Assembly: GCA_965248195.1 (NCBI GenBank) | Contig: CBDFIQ010000002.1 | Coordinates: 3,264,001-3,328,000, forward strand | DNA length: 64,000 nt | From: Longimicrobiales bacterium | Lineage (GTDB): Bacteria > Gemmatimonadota > Gemmatimonadetes > Longimicrobiales > Gaopeijiaceae | Reading direction: 5' to 3' | In this document: one piece after another, positions 18,169 through 31,134 of the stretch | Numbering within the stretch: position 1 is the first letter of the stretch | Layout of the letters: each line of letters begins with the position of its first letter | Made by a program: the position numbers and the translations under genes | The notes under the pieces: model-generated | Databases searched by the model: none | Told to the model about the DNA's origin: nothing | Seen by the model: only the letters and a program-made list of their open reading frames with translations

Positions 18169-18351
18169 TATCGTGCACTCCTTGGAGATCGACGCGGGCT
18201 CACGCGCCATTTGGGCCGTGCGGCGCCACAAGGTACCAAGGGCTCCGAGCGGGCGCTATGGGCGGGTGGCGCCCCCTGATCGGCCCTCCTAGCTTTTGCC
18301 TGATGGGCCCCACCCAGGTGCCCTCCTACGCCGGATCTCGCCGAGCCTGCC

Positions 18352-19137
18352 ATGAGTGATCTTCAGTACATTCGAGTGGAGTGGGAGGGGGAGCTGGCCA
18401 TTGTCGTGATCGACCGCGCCGATAAGCTCAACGCCCTGAATGCGGAGGTAGTTCAAGAGCTCGGGGACGTGTTCCGCGACCTCAAGGACGACGACGATGT
18501 CCTGGGAGTGATCCTGACGGGGGCGGGTGAGAAGGCCTTTGTCGCCGGAGCGGACATTGGCGAGCTCGCTCAGCTCACACCGCTCACCGGCGTGAAGGTC
18601 AGCCGGGAGGGGCAGAGGATCTTTGCCGAGATTGAGCGCTTTCCAAAGCCCGTGCTAGCTGCAGTTGGAGGGTACGCATTGGGTGGCGGATGCGAGCTCG
18701 CTCTCGCGTGCCACCTCCGGGTCGCCAGCGAAAATGCCCGCTTTGGGCTTCCCGAGGTGGGGCTCGGCACGATACCCGGCTACGGCGGAACGATGAGGCT
18801 CGCCAGGGTCGTCGGGTTCGGTCATGCCATAGAGATGGTCCTGACCGGCCGGATGGTCGACGCGGAGAGGGCCGAACGGATGGGCCTGGTGAGCGCCGTC
18901 TATCCCCAGGAGGCGCTCCTCGACCAGGCGAAGGTGTTCATTCGGGGAATTACGAAGAATGGCCCGGTCGCCGTTCGCATGGCATTGGAGTCCATTTATT
19001 TGGCCCAAAGCTCGGCACCGGCGGACGCCGCGAGCTTCGAATCCGCAATGTTCGGATTACTCGCTTCCACCACCGATATGAAGGAAGGAATGACGGCCTT
19101 TCTCGAGAAGCGAAAGGCTGCCTTCAAGGGCGAATAG
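18352..19137 (+). CDS. Enoyl-CoA hydratase/crotonase
   Basis: KAFVAGADI, GYALGGGCELAL, GLPEV.LG.IPGYGGT. Confidence 0.93.
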   Translation: MSDLQYIRVEWEGELAIVVIDRADKLNALNAEVVQELGDVFRDLKDDDDVLGVILTGAGEKAFVAGADIGELAQLTPLTGVKVSREGQRIFAEIERFPKPVLAAVGGYALGGGCELALACHLRVASENARFGLPEVGLGTIPGYGGTMRLARVVGFGHAIEMVLTGRMVDAERAERMGLVSAVYPQEALLDQAKVFIRGITKNGPVAVRMALESIYLAQSSAPADAASFESAMFGLLASTTDMKEGMTAFLEKRKAAFKGE

Positions 19138-19220
19138 CCTAGGGAACCGAAAGGTGGCTGTAGGGCCTTCGGACCGTTAAATTTCCCTATGCTTCCAAGG
19201 CTTTTCCTGGCATCCGTTCC

Positions 19221-20345
19221 TTGCACCTGAGTGTGCTGAAAACCCGGCTTTTTCGTAACCTCGGGGACCAGGAGCTTTCCTTCCCTCCGGAGGGCGTGGC
19301 GGTCATCGGAGGGAACGCCCAAGGGAAGTCGAACCTACTCGAGGCCATCTACTATCTGGAGACCTTCCGCTCCTTTCGGGGCGCCCGCATGGAGCACCTC
19401 ATAACATTCGGAGAAGATGTGTTCCGGGTGGCCGGTCAGATGGTCTCCGCGAACGGAAGTGAGGGCTCCCCGACCGAGGTCGCGGCGGCGTATGAAGCAT
19501 CCACTCGTCGCCGCAAGGTGACCATCGACGGTGCGGAGCCGAAGCGCATCGGGGATGCGATCGGGAAGCTGGGCGCCGTGATTTTCTCCCCGGCTGATGT
19601 CGGCATCGTGAACGGGGGACCGAGCCGCCGTCGCCGATTCATGGACGTAGCCCTTTCGCTGAGCGAGGAAGGATACTTGGCCGCCTTACAGGCGTTCCGG
19701 CACGCGCTGGCCCAGCGGAACGCGGCCCTCCGCTCCGGGCAGGTCGAGGCGGTGGTGAGGGCATGGGACGAGCCCCTCGCTCGGAGCGCCGCGACCGTGA
19801 TGGGGGCTCGTCATCTATGGATTTCCGAGTGGCGGGATGCGTTCCGCCGCTACTACGAAGAGGTGAGTGGAGGGGACTCGGCGACGATGACTTACGTGCC
19901 CAAGGTGGCCGTGGACGACTGGGATGAGGATGGAATTCATAAGACTTGCCGAGATGCCTTGGACAGCCGCTGGGCCGTCGATCTTCGACGGCAGAATACG
20001 AGTGCCGGGCCCCATCGGGACGAGCTCATGCTCACGCTCGTAGACGGGGAGAAAGAAGTAGAGATGACGGAATTCGGCTCAGGAGGGCAGCGCCGGACTG
20101 TGGCACTCGCGCTCCGGTTGGTCGAGGGAGATGCGATCCGCAGGGCGAGGGGTAGTGCTCCGGTTCTCCTGCTCGACGACGCGTTTGCCGAGTTGGACGA
20201 CGCTCGAAGAGAGAGGGCTTTCGAGCTGATGGGGCAAGACCGCTTCGGTCAGCTCATCATCACCGCGCCCAAAGAAAGCGACGTACCCGTCCAAGGAGAT
20301 GCGCTTCCCCGGTGGGGGATCCACGAAGGACGGATCTGCGCGTGA
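19221..20345 (+). CDS. recF: DNA replication/repair protein RecF
   Basis: FRN, GGNAQGKSNLLEAI, RRRFMD, GPHRDE, SGGQ, LLLDD. Confidence 0.95.
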   Translation: MHLSVLKTRLFRNLGDQELSFPPEGVAVIGGNAQGKSNLLEAIYYLETFRSFRGARMEHLITFGEDVFRVAGQMVSANGSEGSPTEVAAAYEASTRRRKVTIDGAEPKRIGDAIGKLGAVIFSPADVGIVNGGPSRRRRFMDVALSLSEEGYLAALQAFRHALAQRNAALRSGQVEAVVRAWDEPLARSAATVMGARHLWISEWRDAFRRYYEEVSGGDSATMTYVPKVAVDDWDEDGIHKTCRDALDSRWAVDLRRQNTSAGPHRDELMLTLVDGEKEVEMTEFGSGGQRRTVALALRLVEGDAIRRARGSAPVLLLDDAFAELDDARRERAFELMGQDRFGQLIITAPKESDVPVQGDALPRWGIHEGRICA

Positions 20346-20656
20346 ACGATGTTGGGCCGACGCGGGTGGGGGATCTCCTCGATAACCTTTTGGAGAAGCG
20401 CGGTCTCGGTACACAGATCCGGAGGATCGGTGCGCTCGACGCCTGGTCGAGCGCCGTCGGAGAAAGAATTTCCGAAGTAACGGACGCAAAAACGGTCGTA
20501 GCGTCGACGCTGTTCGTAGGAGTCCGGAGCAGTGCCTGGCTCATGGAATTGAGCCTCATGAAGAAGGCCCTGTTGGAGCGGGTCAATGTGGAGTTGGGAG
20601 GGGAGGGGACGATCGATCGGATTGTTCTGACGCTGATGGAGGGGGATGGATCGTAA
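20342..20656 (+). CDS. dciA: DUF721/DciA family protein
   Basis: W...VG..I...T...L.V.V.SSAWLMEL; canonical position between recF and gyrB. Confidence 0.8.
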   Translation: MNDVGPTRVGDLLDNLLEKRGLGTQIRRIGALDAWSSAVGERISEVTDAKTVVASTLFVGVRSSAWLMELSLMKKALLERVNVELGGEGTIDRIVLTLMEGDGS

Positions 20657-20709
20657 CGACCGTTCTAGGGGCGGTGTGGGGTCCAGACCCATAACGGAGT
20701 GAGCTCTAG

Positions 20710-22665
<1,956 letters not shown>

Positions 22666-22835
22666 GGGGTGTTTCCTACTTCTGGTTGCCCCCCCGGAGG
22701 ATTGGGGTCCCAGCGAGCGATGCGCCGGTTTGGGCACTGTTCGTGCGCTAGCTAGATAGAGAACGATCTGACCTGCAACCAATCTAGCTTACGTGGAGTC
22801 CAAGTAGACGAACCCAATTGAACGAGGGGACGTTG

Positions 22836-23153
22836 ATGGGCGGGATCCGCATGACGTACACGACGGCGATGGTGCTTCAGGCTTTGGACGTCGGGAATCG
22901 ATACGGCTTCGACATTGCCGAGGCGACAGGGCTCAGAGGTGGAACGGTGTATCCGATTCTCCGGCGCCTCGAGGATGCCGGAATGGCGGTCTCCCACTGG
23001 GAAAAAGTCCAGATCTCTCGAGATGAGGGCCGTCCGCCGAGGAAGTATTACAGCGTCACGCCGGCCGCTGCCGAGTTGCTCGCTACGGCACGTGGCCGGT
23101 TTCCACTCCGGCCAGACGTGCCGGCCGTTCGAGCCATGCCGAGAAGGGCCTGA
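22836..23153 (+). CDS. PadR family transcriptional regulator
   Basis: YGFDI...GTVYPILRRLE...PPRKYY. Confidence 0.9.
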   Translation: MGGIRMTYTTAMVLQALDVGNRYGFDIAEATGLRGGTVYPILRRLEDAGMAVSHWEKVQISRDEGRPPRKYYSVTPAAAELLATARGRFPLRPDVPAVRAMPRRA

Positions 23154-24371
23154 GGGGAGGGGACGATGAGTGGCGCCAGCGACAAGAGTCACATGATGCG
23201 TATCCTCGCCGGGCTCGTTCCGAGCTCGAAAAGAGAGGATTGGATCAGGGAGTGGGAGGCGGAGCTGAGTGCGCTCGGCACGGCGGGCGGAGCCACGCGA
23301 GGGGCTCGAGCGCGCAGCTTCCTGGCAGCAACCGAGGACGCGATGCGGCTCGGTTTGCGTCACACTCGGCCGGCGTCTTGGGCGCCGAACGTCCGCTTTG
23401 CTCTTCGGACCATGCGGACGAGGCCGGGATACTCCGGCTCGGCGATCCTCACCTTCGCGCTCGGGATCGGCGCGAACGTTGCCATCTTCACAGTGATCAA
23501 CGCCTACGTCCTCCGTCCCTTTCCGATCGAGGACCCGGACCGGGTCGTTTGGCTGAGCGACTTCAAGGAGGGACGTGCCGGCGTGGTATCCGCCCCCGAT
23601 TTCGTGGATTGGCGCGAGCAGAGCCGGTCCTTCGAGGACCTGGTGGCCTTGCAGCCTTTTCCGGTCACGCTGACCCAGCTGGCTCAGCCCCTGAGGGTGT
23701 CGCGGGCTCGGGTCACGCCCGGCTTCTTTGACTTGATCGGTGTGCAACCGATGATGGGCCGGTCGTTCATCGAGGAGGAGGGTCTGGAGGGGAACGACCG
23801 GGCGGCCATACTGAGCTACGACCTCTGGTCCGGTGCCTATGGTGCCGACCCGGGGGTGGTCGGGAAGAGCGTCGTCCTGGATGGCATACCGAGCACGGTC
23901 GTCGGTGTGCTGCCGGCCGGCTTCTTCATGCCGTCCTTCACGTCCCAGATCTGGGGGCCGCTCGCCTTCGACCAGGAGACGCTTGAGTACCGGGGCCGGC
24001 ATAACCTCAGAGTCTTCGGCCGTCTCGCGGACGGTGTGTCCTTGGACGCGGCGAGGGCGGAGATGGACGTCATTACCGAAGGGCTCGCACGGGCCTACCC
24101 GCAATCCAACGAGGGGTGGGGGATCCAGGTCCGGGAACTCCGGGGACAGGTCCTCAGTGGGAGTGCGGGAAGTCTTTGGATGCTTTTCGGGGGTGTAGGC
24201 CTCGTGCTGCTCATCGCCTGCGTGAACGTGGCGAGCCTGACGGTGGCCCGCGGGGCGGGCAGGAAACAAGAGCTTGCGGTACGGGTGGCGCTCGGCGCGT
24301 CCAGGGGCCAACTGCTGAGCCAACTGCTCACCGAGAATCTCTTACTCGCGCTCGTCGGTGGGGCGTTGGGG

Positions 24372-25747
24372 GGTCAAGTCCCGATTTGTGTGTAAAAGCG
24401 GAGGAAGCTCCTCGCCTTCGGCTAGGCTGCTTGGGCGACCTCCTGTTTCTGGAGGAGTGAGAGGTCGAGGTAACGCCGGTCGCCCCAGACGTGTGTGGTC
24501 CTGAGTGCGACGGCCGTGATGAGCCTGAGGGCGCTGGCCCGGTCCGGGAAGGCGCCGGCGGCCTTGATCCTGCGTTTGATCTCGCCGTGCAGCCGCTCGA
24601 GGCTGTTGGTGGTACGCAGCCGGGGCCAGTGCGCCTCGGGGAACGCGTAGAACTGCGTCGCTGCCCCGAAGCCCCGCTCCAGGACCTCCACGGCCTCGGG
24701 CAGCTCCTTCTTCCAGCGTGCGCCGAACTCGCCCAGGAGCTTCTTCGCCTCGGCGAGTCCGGATGTCTGGAAGATCACCGAGACCTCACGCGCCACGCGC
24801 TTGCGTAGGCGGTGGGGGACCCTCGCCCCCACATTACGCTGCAGATGGACCGTACACCTCTGACGGCGTGCCTCGGGCAGGAAGCGGCGGACCGCAGCTG
24901 CCAGGCCTGCGTGCTCATCGGCGATCACGAGCTCGACACCGCCGAGGCCGCGGTCCTGGAGTTGCTCGAGGAGCTCCGACCAGCTCTGCTGCGACTCCTC
25001 AGCGCCCAGCGTGACGGCCAGGAGCCGTCGGTGACCCTCAGGGCCCACTGCATACGCCACGAGCGCACTCACGTTCTCGACTTTGCGGGCCCAGCGGGCG
25101 TCCAAGAACGTGGCGTCCAGGTACAGATAGGGGTGAGGCCCCTCGATCGGCGCACGGCGCAGCCCTTCCACGGCCTCGTCGAGCCGTTTTGCCACACGAC
25201 TCACCGTCGAGCGCCCAACACGCTCGCCCATCAGCGCCTCGGTGACGTCGCCCATCTTGCGCTGTGACACGCCGCTCACATACGCCTCGACCATCATCTC
25301 GTCGAGCTCGGGGCTCCTGCGCTGGTAGCGGCCGATCACGTCGGCCGGCGAACCGTTGTCCCGGCTCCGGGGCATGGCGACCTCGATCTGCCCCAGGCTC
25401 GTCAGCAGCCGCCTCAGGTATGTGCCGTTCCTATGGTCCTTCCGGCTTCCCACCCGCTCGAAGCGGCGTGCACCTACCATGGCCTTCAGCTCCTCTTCCA
25501 GCACCATCTCGAGCGTCAGCCGGATCGCGCCTTGAAACAGCTCGCGCAAATCATCGCGTAGCTCGTCTTGCGTGGCCCGACCGATCTCCACAATCTCTTG
25601 CATCGGAAGCTCCTCTCCGGTTCCGAGCCTGCTCTGCAGACCCGGACTCCCGGGTTCATGTGACAGTGAACAACAACAGAGGAGCTTCCGTTTTTCTTTC
25701 CCTCCTGTCCAGCTTATCCGCTTTTACACAAATCTAGGGACACTACC
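24372..25747 (-). mobile_element. IS256-family element, copy 1 (1376 bp)
   Basis: Imperfect terminal IRs GGTCAAGTCCCGATTTGTGTGTAAAAGCGG / GGTAGTGTCCCTAGATTTGTGTAAAAGCGG; 8-bp TSD CGTTGGGG. Confidence 0.95.
24422..25603 (-). CDS. IS256 family (Mutator-like DDE) transposase
   Basis: RNG...R.L.T..G, YLYLDA, QRCTVH, RTTNSLER motifs. Confidence 0.95.
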   Translation of the reverse strand: MQEIVEIGRATQDELRDDLRELFQGAIRLTLEMVLEEELKAMVGARRFERVGSRKDHRNGTYLRRLLTSLGQIEVAMPRSRDNGSPADVIGRYQRRSPELDEMMVEAYVSGVSQRKMGDVTEALMGERVGRSTVSRVAKRLDEAVEGLRRAPIEGPHPYLYLDATFLDARWARKVENVSALVAYAVGPEGHRRLLAVTLGAEESQQSWSELLEQLQDRGLGGVELVIADEHAGLAAAVRRFLPEARRQRCTVHLQRNVGARVPHRLRKRVAREVSVIFQTSGLAEAKKLLGEFGARWKKELPEAVEVLERGFGAATQFYAFPEAHWPRLRTTNSLERLHGEIKRRIKAAGAFPDRASALRLITAVALRTTHVWGDRRYLDLSLLQKQEVAQAA

Positions 25748-27282
25748 CGTTGGGGCTGGGGGTGGCGTACCTCGGCCTGGAGCCCATGAAGGCTCTGGTC
25801 CCTTCTTCGCTCGCAGACGTTGGCGTGCTCTCGATCGACGGGCGGGTGCTGGCGTTTACCGCGCTCGCCTCTGCCGTGACGGGGTTGGTCTCGGGGGCCA
25901 TACCCGGACTTCGCCTCAGTGGGTCGGCCCTTTCAGGCGGCCGCATAGCCGGGGTGCTACGCACGCGGCCGGGGGGGTCCGGGGTGCAGACCGGACTCGT
26001 CGTCGCCGAGTTTGCGTTGGCGATGATCCTTCTCGTCGGAGCAGGCCTGTTCGTGCGAAGTCTGGCGAATCTCTATTCGGTCGATCTCGGCTTCGAGCCG
26101 AGCGGTACAACCACCTTCGGTCTCACGTTTCCCACGGAGGACTACCGTGAGCCGGCGGAGGTGGTCGCGGGGCTAGACGAGGTCCTCGCGCGGTTCGCGG
26201 CGGCGAACGGCGTCGAGGCGATCGCCGCGACTTCACATTTGCCACTGGCGGGGGGGCGCCTTTCATCCTCTCTCCGACTCGATGGCGACAAGGAGAAGAT
26301 GAGCACGAACTCGCCCTCAGCGGCGATCAAGGTCGTCTCCCCGGGCTACTTCGAATTGCTGGAAATTCCCTTGGTCGAAGGGCGATTCCTGAGTGACGAT
26401 GACGATTCCAGCTCCGAGCTAGCGGTCATGATCAACGAGTCGGCGGCCAGACGTCTTTGGCCGGGGGAAAGCGCGGTGGGCAGGTTGTTGTCCTACGCTG
26501 AGGACGCAGCCGGTGCGCCCATCGAACGCCACGTCGTTGGAGTCGTCGGGGACATTCTCTGGGCCGGCCCGCGAGGTGAAGCTATGGAGGAAGTGTACCA
26601 GAGCCACCTTCAGACGACGGAGGTATGGCGATGGTTTGGACGGGCCATGTCCTTCGTGGCGCGTGCGGGCGGAGGGGAGGCCCTGACCTTGTCTCGCGCT
26701 CAGGGCATGGTATCCGAGATCGATCCCAACATGCCCATCGTCGCCTTCCGTCCCTTCGACGAGGTCGTGGACGGAAACGTGGCGGCCCCGCGCTTCCAAG
26801 GCGCGCTGCTCGGCCTATTTGCAGCGCTGGCTCTGATTCTGGCCGCGGTCGGCACCTACAGTGTGATGGCGTTCTCGGTCCGGCAGCGGACGCGCGAGAT
26901 CGGGGTGCGCTTGGCGGTCGGGGCGGACCGCGCCGACGTCATGGCGTCGGTCCTCCTGGATGGAGCCAAGCTCGCTTTGGTCGGCGTGGCGGTGGGTGCC
27001 CTGGGAGCGCTCCTCCTCAGCCGCCTCATCTCGTCTCTGTTATGGGGCGTCGGCGGGAGCGACCCGCTCACGTACGTGGTGGTGGCGGCTGTGTTGAGTG
27101 GTGTGACATTGCTCGCGTCTTACGTACCGGCCCGCCAGGCCTCCTGCGTGGATCCGATGGTCGCGCTGAGAGACGATTGACGGCGAGCCCGCTTGAGCCG
27201 GGCGCCGGGAAGGCGGTATCTTTGAGGCGCAAAGAAGTTCTCGTGGCTCGAACTTCATGCCACGTATACCAGGAAAATCCCG

Positions 27283-27864
27283 GTGACGGACCCCAAGCGC
27301 CTCAACATGCAGCAGCTGGTCTCGTACTTGGCGGAGAACGCCGGGCACTGGATCGAGAGTCAGCGTGCCCAGCACCGGGTGCACGCGAACCCCCTGCCCG
27401 ATACTACCGTGGCCGCCCTCAGTGGGTTTTTCGAGCCGGAGACGCTGGATCGGACCAGAATCAGGCACGTCACGAGCCTCGACAATCCTCCTTTCTACAG
27501 GGAGTTCGAAGAGGCTGGAGAATCGTTTCCCCTCGACTTCACCGTCTGGGCGGCGATCACGTTCGGGGACGTCATCCTCGTGAACGGGGAGCAGGTGCCA
27601 GGGCCGCCGTCCCATTCGGTCGTCTTCCACGAAATGGTCCATGTGGTGCAGTATGACGTGCTCGGGATCCACGAGTTCGCCCGCAGGTACGTGGAGCCCT
27701 TCATACAGAACCGCTTCAACTACATGTCGATCCCCCTCGAGACTGTCGCCTTCGACCTCCAGGGACGATTCGAGGAGTCGAGCGGAGACCCGTTTTCTGC
27801 GGAGGCGGAGGTTCGTTCGATAATCGGTGCGCCGGGGCTTCCCTACGCGGGGAGTGGAAGGTAG
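27283..27864 (+). CDS. HExxH protein, DUF4157-like
   Basis: AITFGDVI...FHEMVHVVQY...IPLE..AF. Confidence 0.6.
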   Translation: MTDPKRLNMQQLVSYLAENAGHWIESQRAQHRVHANPLPDTTVAALSGFFEPETLDRTRIRHVTSLDNPPFYREFEEAGESFPLDFTVWAAITFGDVILVNGEQVPGPPSHSVVFHEMVHVVQYDVLGIHEFARRYVEPFIQNRFNYMSIPLETVAFDLQGRFEESSGDPFSAEAEVRSIIGAPGLPYAGSGR

Positions 27865-27880
27865 AGCCGGTGTCAGCCTC

Positions 27881-29578
27881 CTAGCCCGCCCAGAGTGGTC
27901 CGGAGATCCGCAACACGTAGACGGCTATGAGCCCCAACGTGCCGATTCCGGTCAGATAGTAGATCGTCGGTAGGATCGTCTTCCGCAGCGTGGCTCCTTC
28001 CCGTCCCAGCAGCCCAACCGTTGCCGAAGCGGCGACCACGTTGTGGATCGCGATCATGTTGCCTGCCGCTGCTCCCACGGCCTGGAGAGCCACGACCATC
28101 GAGCTGGAGATGGCCAGCCGCGCCGCCACCCCGTGCTGGAACGCCGCGAACATGAGGTTGCTCACCGTGTTCGAACCGGCAATGAAGGCGCCCAAGGCTC
28201 CCGTCACACCCGCGAAGAGCGGCCAAACGCCCCCTACAGTGTCGGCGACCCAACCTGCCATCTCGAGCGGCATTGATTCGAGGCCTGAGGCGTTCACGCC
28301 CGAATTGATGTAGACACGAACCATGGGCACCGTGAAGACCAGCACGAAGCCGGCCCCCAAAAGGACCCGGCTGGAGTCGACGAACGCGTGTTTTAGGGCT
28401 GCGCCGCTCATGCGGTGCAGGAGGGCCGTTATCCCCACGACGGCGATCAGAATCGTCCCGGGCAGGTAGAGCGGCGCGGTCACCGCGCTCACCGAGGTTC
28501 CGAAGATCTCTGGCCACTCGATGGTGAAGCTTCTGAGTAAACTTCCGAAGGGAAGCGAAGGAAGGCGGCTCAGGACCAGGAGCACCGCCAACAAGAGGTA
28601 AGGCACCCAGGCCTTTCCGGCCGACATCTCCGGGTGCTCTCCTTCGTCGTCGGAGCCGACCTCAAGTGTGCTCACCCACTCCGAGGGCCACTGGTCCGAA
28701 GGGGCAAAGTCCCACGTGTCCTTCGGGAGGAGGAAGCCCGTTCGCGCCGCGGAGGACACGATCGCTAGACCCACCAGGCCCCCCAAGAGCGACGGGAATT
28801 CCGGTCCCAGGAGCCACGCCGTCAGGAAGTACGGAACCGTGAAAGCGATACCGCCGAACAGCGCAAACGGCACCACCGACAGCCCTTCGGTCCAGGACTT
28901 CCGAGCACCGAAGAATCGGGTCATCATGACGACCATCAGAATGGGCATGATCGTTCCGGTGATGGCATGGAGGCCGGCCGCGCGTACGGCCACGGATCTG
29001 ACGTACTCCGGTAGGGTCGCACCGGAAGCGGCGAGCGCCGCCGTAAACTCGGGGCTCACCACGCCCCCCTGGACACCCACAAGAATCGGAGTCCCTACCG
29101 CACCGAACGTCACCGCGGTGCTCTGGATCATCATGCCCAACATCACGGCACCCGCCGCAGGGAAGCCCATGGCGACCATGAGAGGGGCGGCCACAGCGGC
29201 CGGAGTTCCGAATCCGGCGGCACCCTCGATGAAGGATCCGAAAAGCCAGGCGATGATGACGACCTGCACCCGGCGGTCGTCGCTGATGTCGTGGAAGCTC
29301 CTCCGAATGGCGGCTACGCCCCCCGACCGCTCGAGGGTGTTGAGGAGCAGGATGGCTCCAAAGATGATCAGCAAGAGGTCGAACGTGAGAAACAAGCCCT
29401 GGACGGTGGAGGCGGCGACGTCCCCGAACGGCATCCCCCAGACGTTGAGCGCGATGACGACGGCTGTCACGTATACCACCGGCATGGCCCACTTGGCTGG
29501 AATACGGAAGCCTACCAGGAGGACACCACCTAGAAGGATGGGTAGCGCGGCTAGGGCGGCCAGGATTGCAGGGCTCAC
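27881..29578 (-). CDS. lctP: L-lactate permease
   Basis: [39 protein letters not shown] before GTG 29578. Confidence 0.9.
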   Translation of the reverse strand: MSPAILAALAALPILLGGVLLVGFRIPAKWAMPVVYVTAVVIALNVWGMPFGDVAASTVQGLFLTFDLLLIIFGAILLLNTLERSGGVAAIRRSFHDISDDRRVQVVIIAWLFGSFIEGAAGFGTPAAVAAPLMVAMGFPAAGAVMLGMMIQSTAVTFGAVGTPILVGVQGGVVSPEFTAALAASGATLPEYVRSVAVRAAGLHAITGTIMPILMVVMMTRFFGARKSWTEGLSVVPFALFGGIAFTVPYFLTAWLLGPEFPSLLGGLVGLAIVSSAARTGFLLPKDTWDFAPSDQWPSEWVSTLEVGSDDEGEHPEMSAGKAWVPYLLLAVLLVLSRLPSLPFGSLLRSFTIEWPEIFGTSVSAVTAPLYLPGTILIAVVGITALLHRMSGAALKHAFVDSSRVLLGAGFVLVFTVPMVRVYINSGVNASGLESMPLEMAGWVADTVGGVWPLFAGVTGALGAFIAGSNTVSNLMFAAFQHGVAARLAISSSMVVALQAVGAAAGNMIAIHNVVAASATVGLLGREGATLRKTILPTIYYLTGIGTLGLIAVYVLRISGPLWAG

Positions 29579-29787
29579 GGGTGCTCCTTTGGGCTCGAGG
29601 GATCGGCCCACCGCTTCGGACCGACCGGACAACATGAGGCGGTGATAGGGTTGGGAAAAGACCAGCACCCGGAAGCAGGAGGAGGCGATTAGCGGTCCGT
29701 TCGCTTGGCGAATGTCGTGGCGACCGTCTATCTTCGGCGCGCCGACGTCAACCCGTGAGCGCTTTCCTCGCCTTGGATAGGAATCGC

Positions 29788-31044
29788 ATGGAGCACAATC
29801 CGGACGCACCCTGGTACCGCCGGTTGCACTGGCAGGTGTTGATCGCCATGGTCCTCGGCGCCCTGGTCGGAGCTCAGTTCGGTGAGCCGATGGCGGATCG
29901 GGTCGGATGGATCGGCGACCTGTTCATGAAGCTGCTCCGTATGATCATCGTGCCGCTGGTGCTGACGTCGATCATTTCGGGCGTGGCGTCGGTGGGCGGG
30001 GGCCGTGCCCTCGGGCGCCTGTTCAGCAAGACGCTGGGCTACTACCTGCTCTCGAGCTTCCTTGCGGCCTTCGTCGGACTGTTGATGGTCAACCTCATCC
30101 GTCCGGGGGTGGGGGCCAACCTGACGGGCACGGATCAAGAAGCGCTCCCTGAGCTGTCCACGCCGGATTCGCCGATCCAACTCCTTTTGGACATCGTCCC
30201 GCAAAACGTCATTCAGGCCGCGGCCACGGCCGACATGCTGGCGCTGATCTTTTTCTGTATCGTCTTCGGCGCCGCGCTCACCACGCTACCGGACAAGACC
30301 CGGGAGCCACTGGTCCAGTTCTTCGAGGCGCTCTTCCATGTGATGATGAACCTCACGTCGGGTATCATCAGATTCTTGCCGATCGGGGTGTTCGCGCTGA
30401 TCACGCGGATGGTCGGAACGACCGGATTCGACGCCTTCCGACCGCTCGCGATGTATGCGCTCACGATTTTTTCCGGCGTGACGATCCACTTCTTCGTGAG
30501 CTTGCCGATCCTGTTGATCCTTGTCGGCCGGATCTCTCCGCGCATCCACTTCGCCAACATGCGTGAGCCGCTGCTGATTGCATTCTCGACCAGCTCCTCC
30601 GGGGCGACGCTGCCCGTGACGATGAAAGTGGTCGAGGAAAAGGTGGGCGTATCGAACAAGATCGCGTCCTTCGTTCTGCCGATGGGGGCGACGGTCAACA
30701 TGGACGGCACGGCGGTCTTCGAGTGTGCGGGTGCCCTCTTCATTGCGCAGGCGCTGGGATTCGATCTGACGATAATGCAGCAGGGGATCGTCGTGCTGAC
30801 GGCCCTCCTGGCGTCGATCGGAGCGGCGGCCGTGCCCTCGGCGGGGCTCGTGGTGATCTTCATCGTGCTCGAGGCAATTGGCCTCAGTGGCCCGAATGTG
30901 AATGTGATCGTAGGCTCGATGCTCGCCATCGACCGGCCGCTCGATATGTACCGCACGGCCGTGAACATCTTCAGCGACTCCTGCGGTGCCGCGATCATCG
31001 CGCGCTCGGAGGGCGAGACCGGGGTCGATACCGAGGTGCGGTAG
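29788..31044 (+). CDS. Dicarboxylate/amino acid:cation symporter (DAACS)
   Basis: [30 protein letters not shown]. Confidence 0.93.
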   Translation: MEHNPDAPWYRRLHWQVLIAMVLGALVGAQFGEPMADRVGWIGDLFMKLLRMIIVPLVLTSIISGVASVGGGRALGRLFSKTLGYYLLSSFLAAFVGLLMVNLIRPGVGANLTGTDQEALPELSTPDSPIQLLLDIVPQNVIQAAATADMLALIFFCIVFGAALTTLPDKTREPLVQFFEALFHVMMNLTSGIIRFLPIGVFALITRMVGTTGFDAFRPLAMYALTIFSGVTIHFFVSLPILLILVGRISPRIHFANMREPLLIAFSTSSSGATLPVTMKVVEEKVGVSNKIASFVLPMGATVNMDGTAVFECAGALFIAQALGFDLTIMQQGIVVLTALLASIGAAAVPSAGLVVIFIVLEAIGLSGPNVNVIVGSMLAIDRPLDMYRTAVNIFSDSCGAAIIARSEGETGVDTEVR

Positions 31045-31134
31045 GCCGGCTGGGTTGGCTAGGGGATCGGCCTATTGTCATCGGCGACCTGGCGAGGAGG
31101 TAACGCGGTGGAGTTCAGGGGTCCTGCTAGAGGG

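Larger units (their letters stand above)
23166..27180 (+). pseudogene. ADOP/MacB-type duplicated ABC permease interrupted by IS256 copy 1
   Basis: [34 protein letters not shown]; removing IS plus one TSD restores the frame (LVGGALGLGVAY). Confidence 0.92.
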
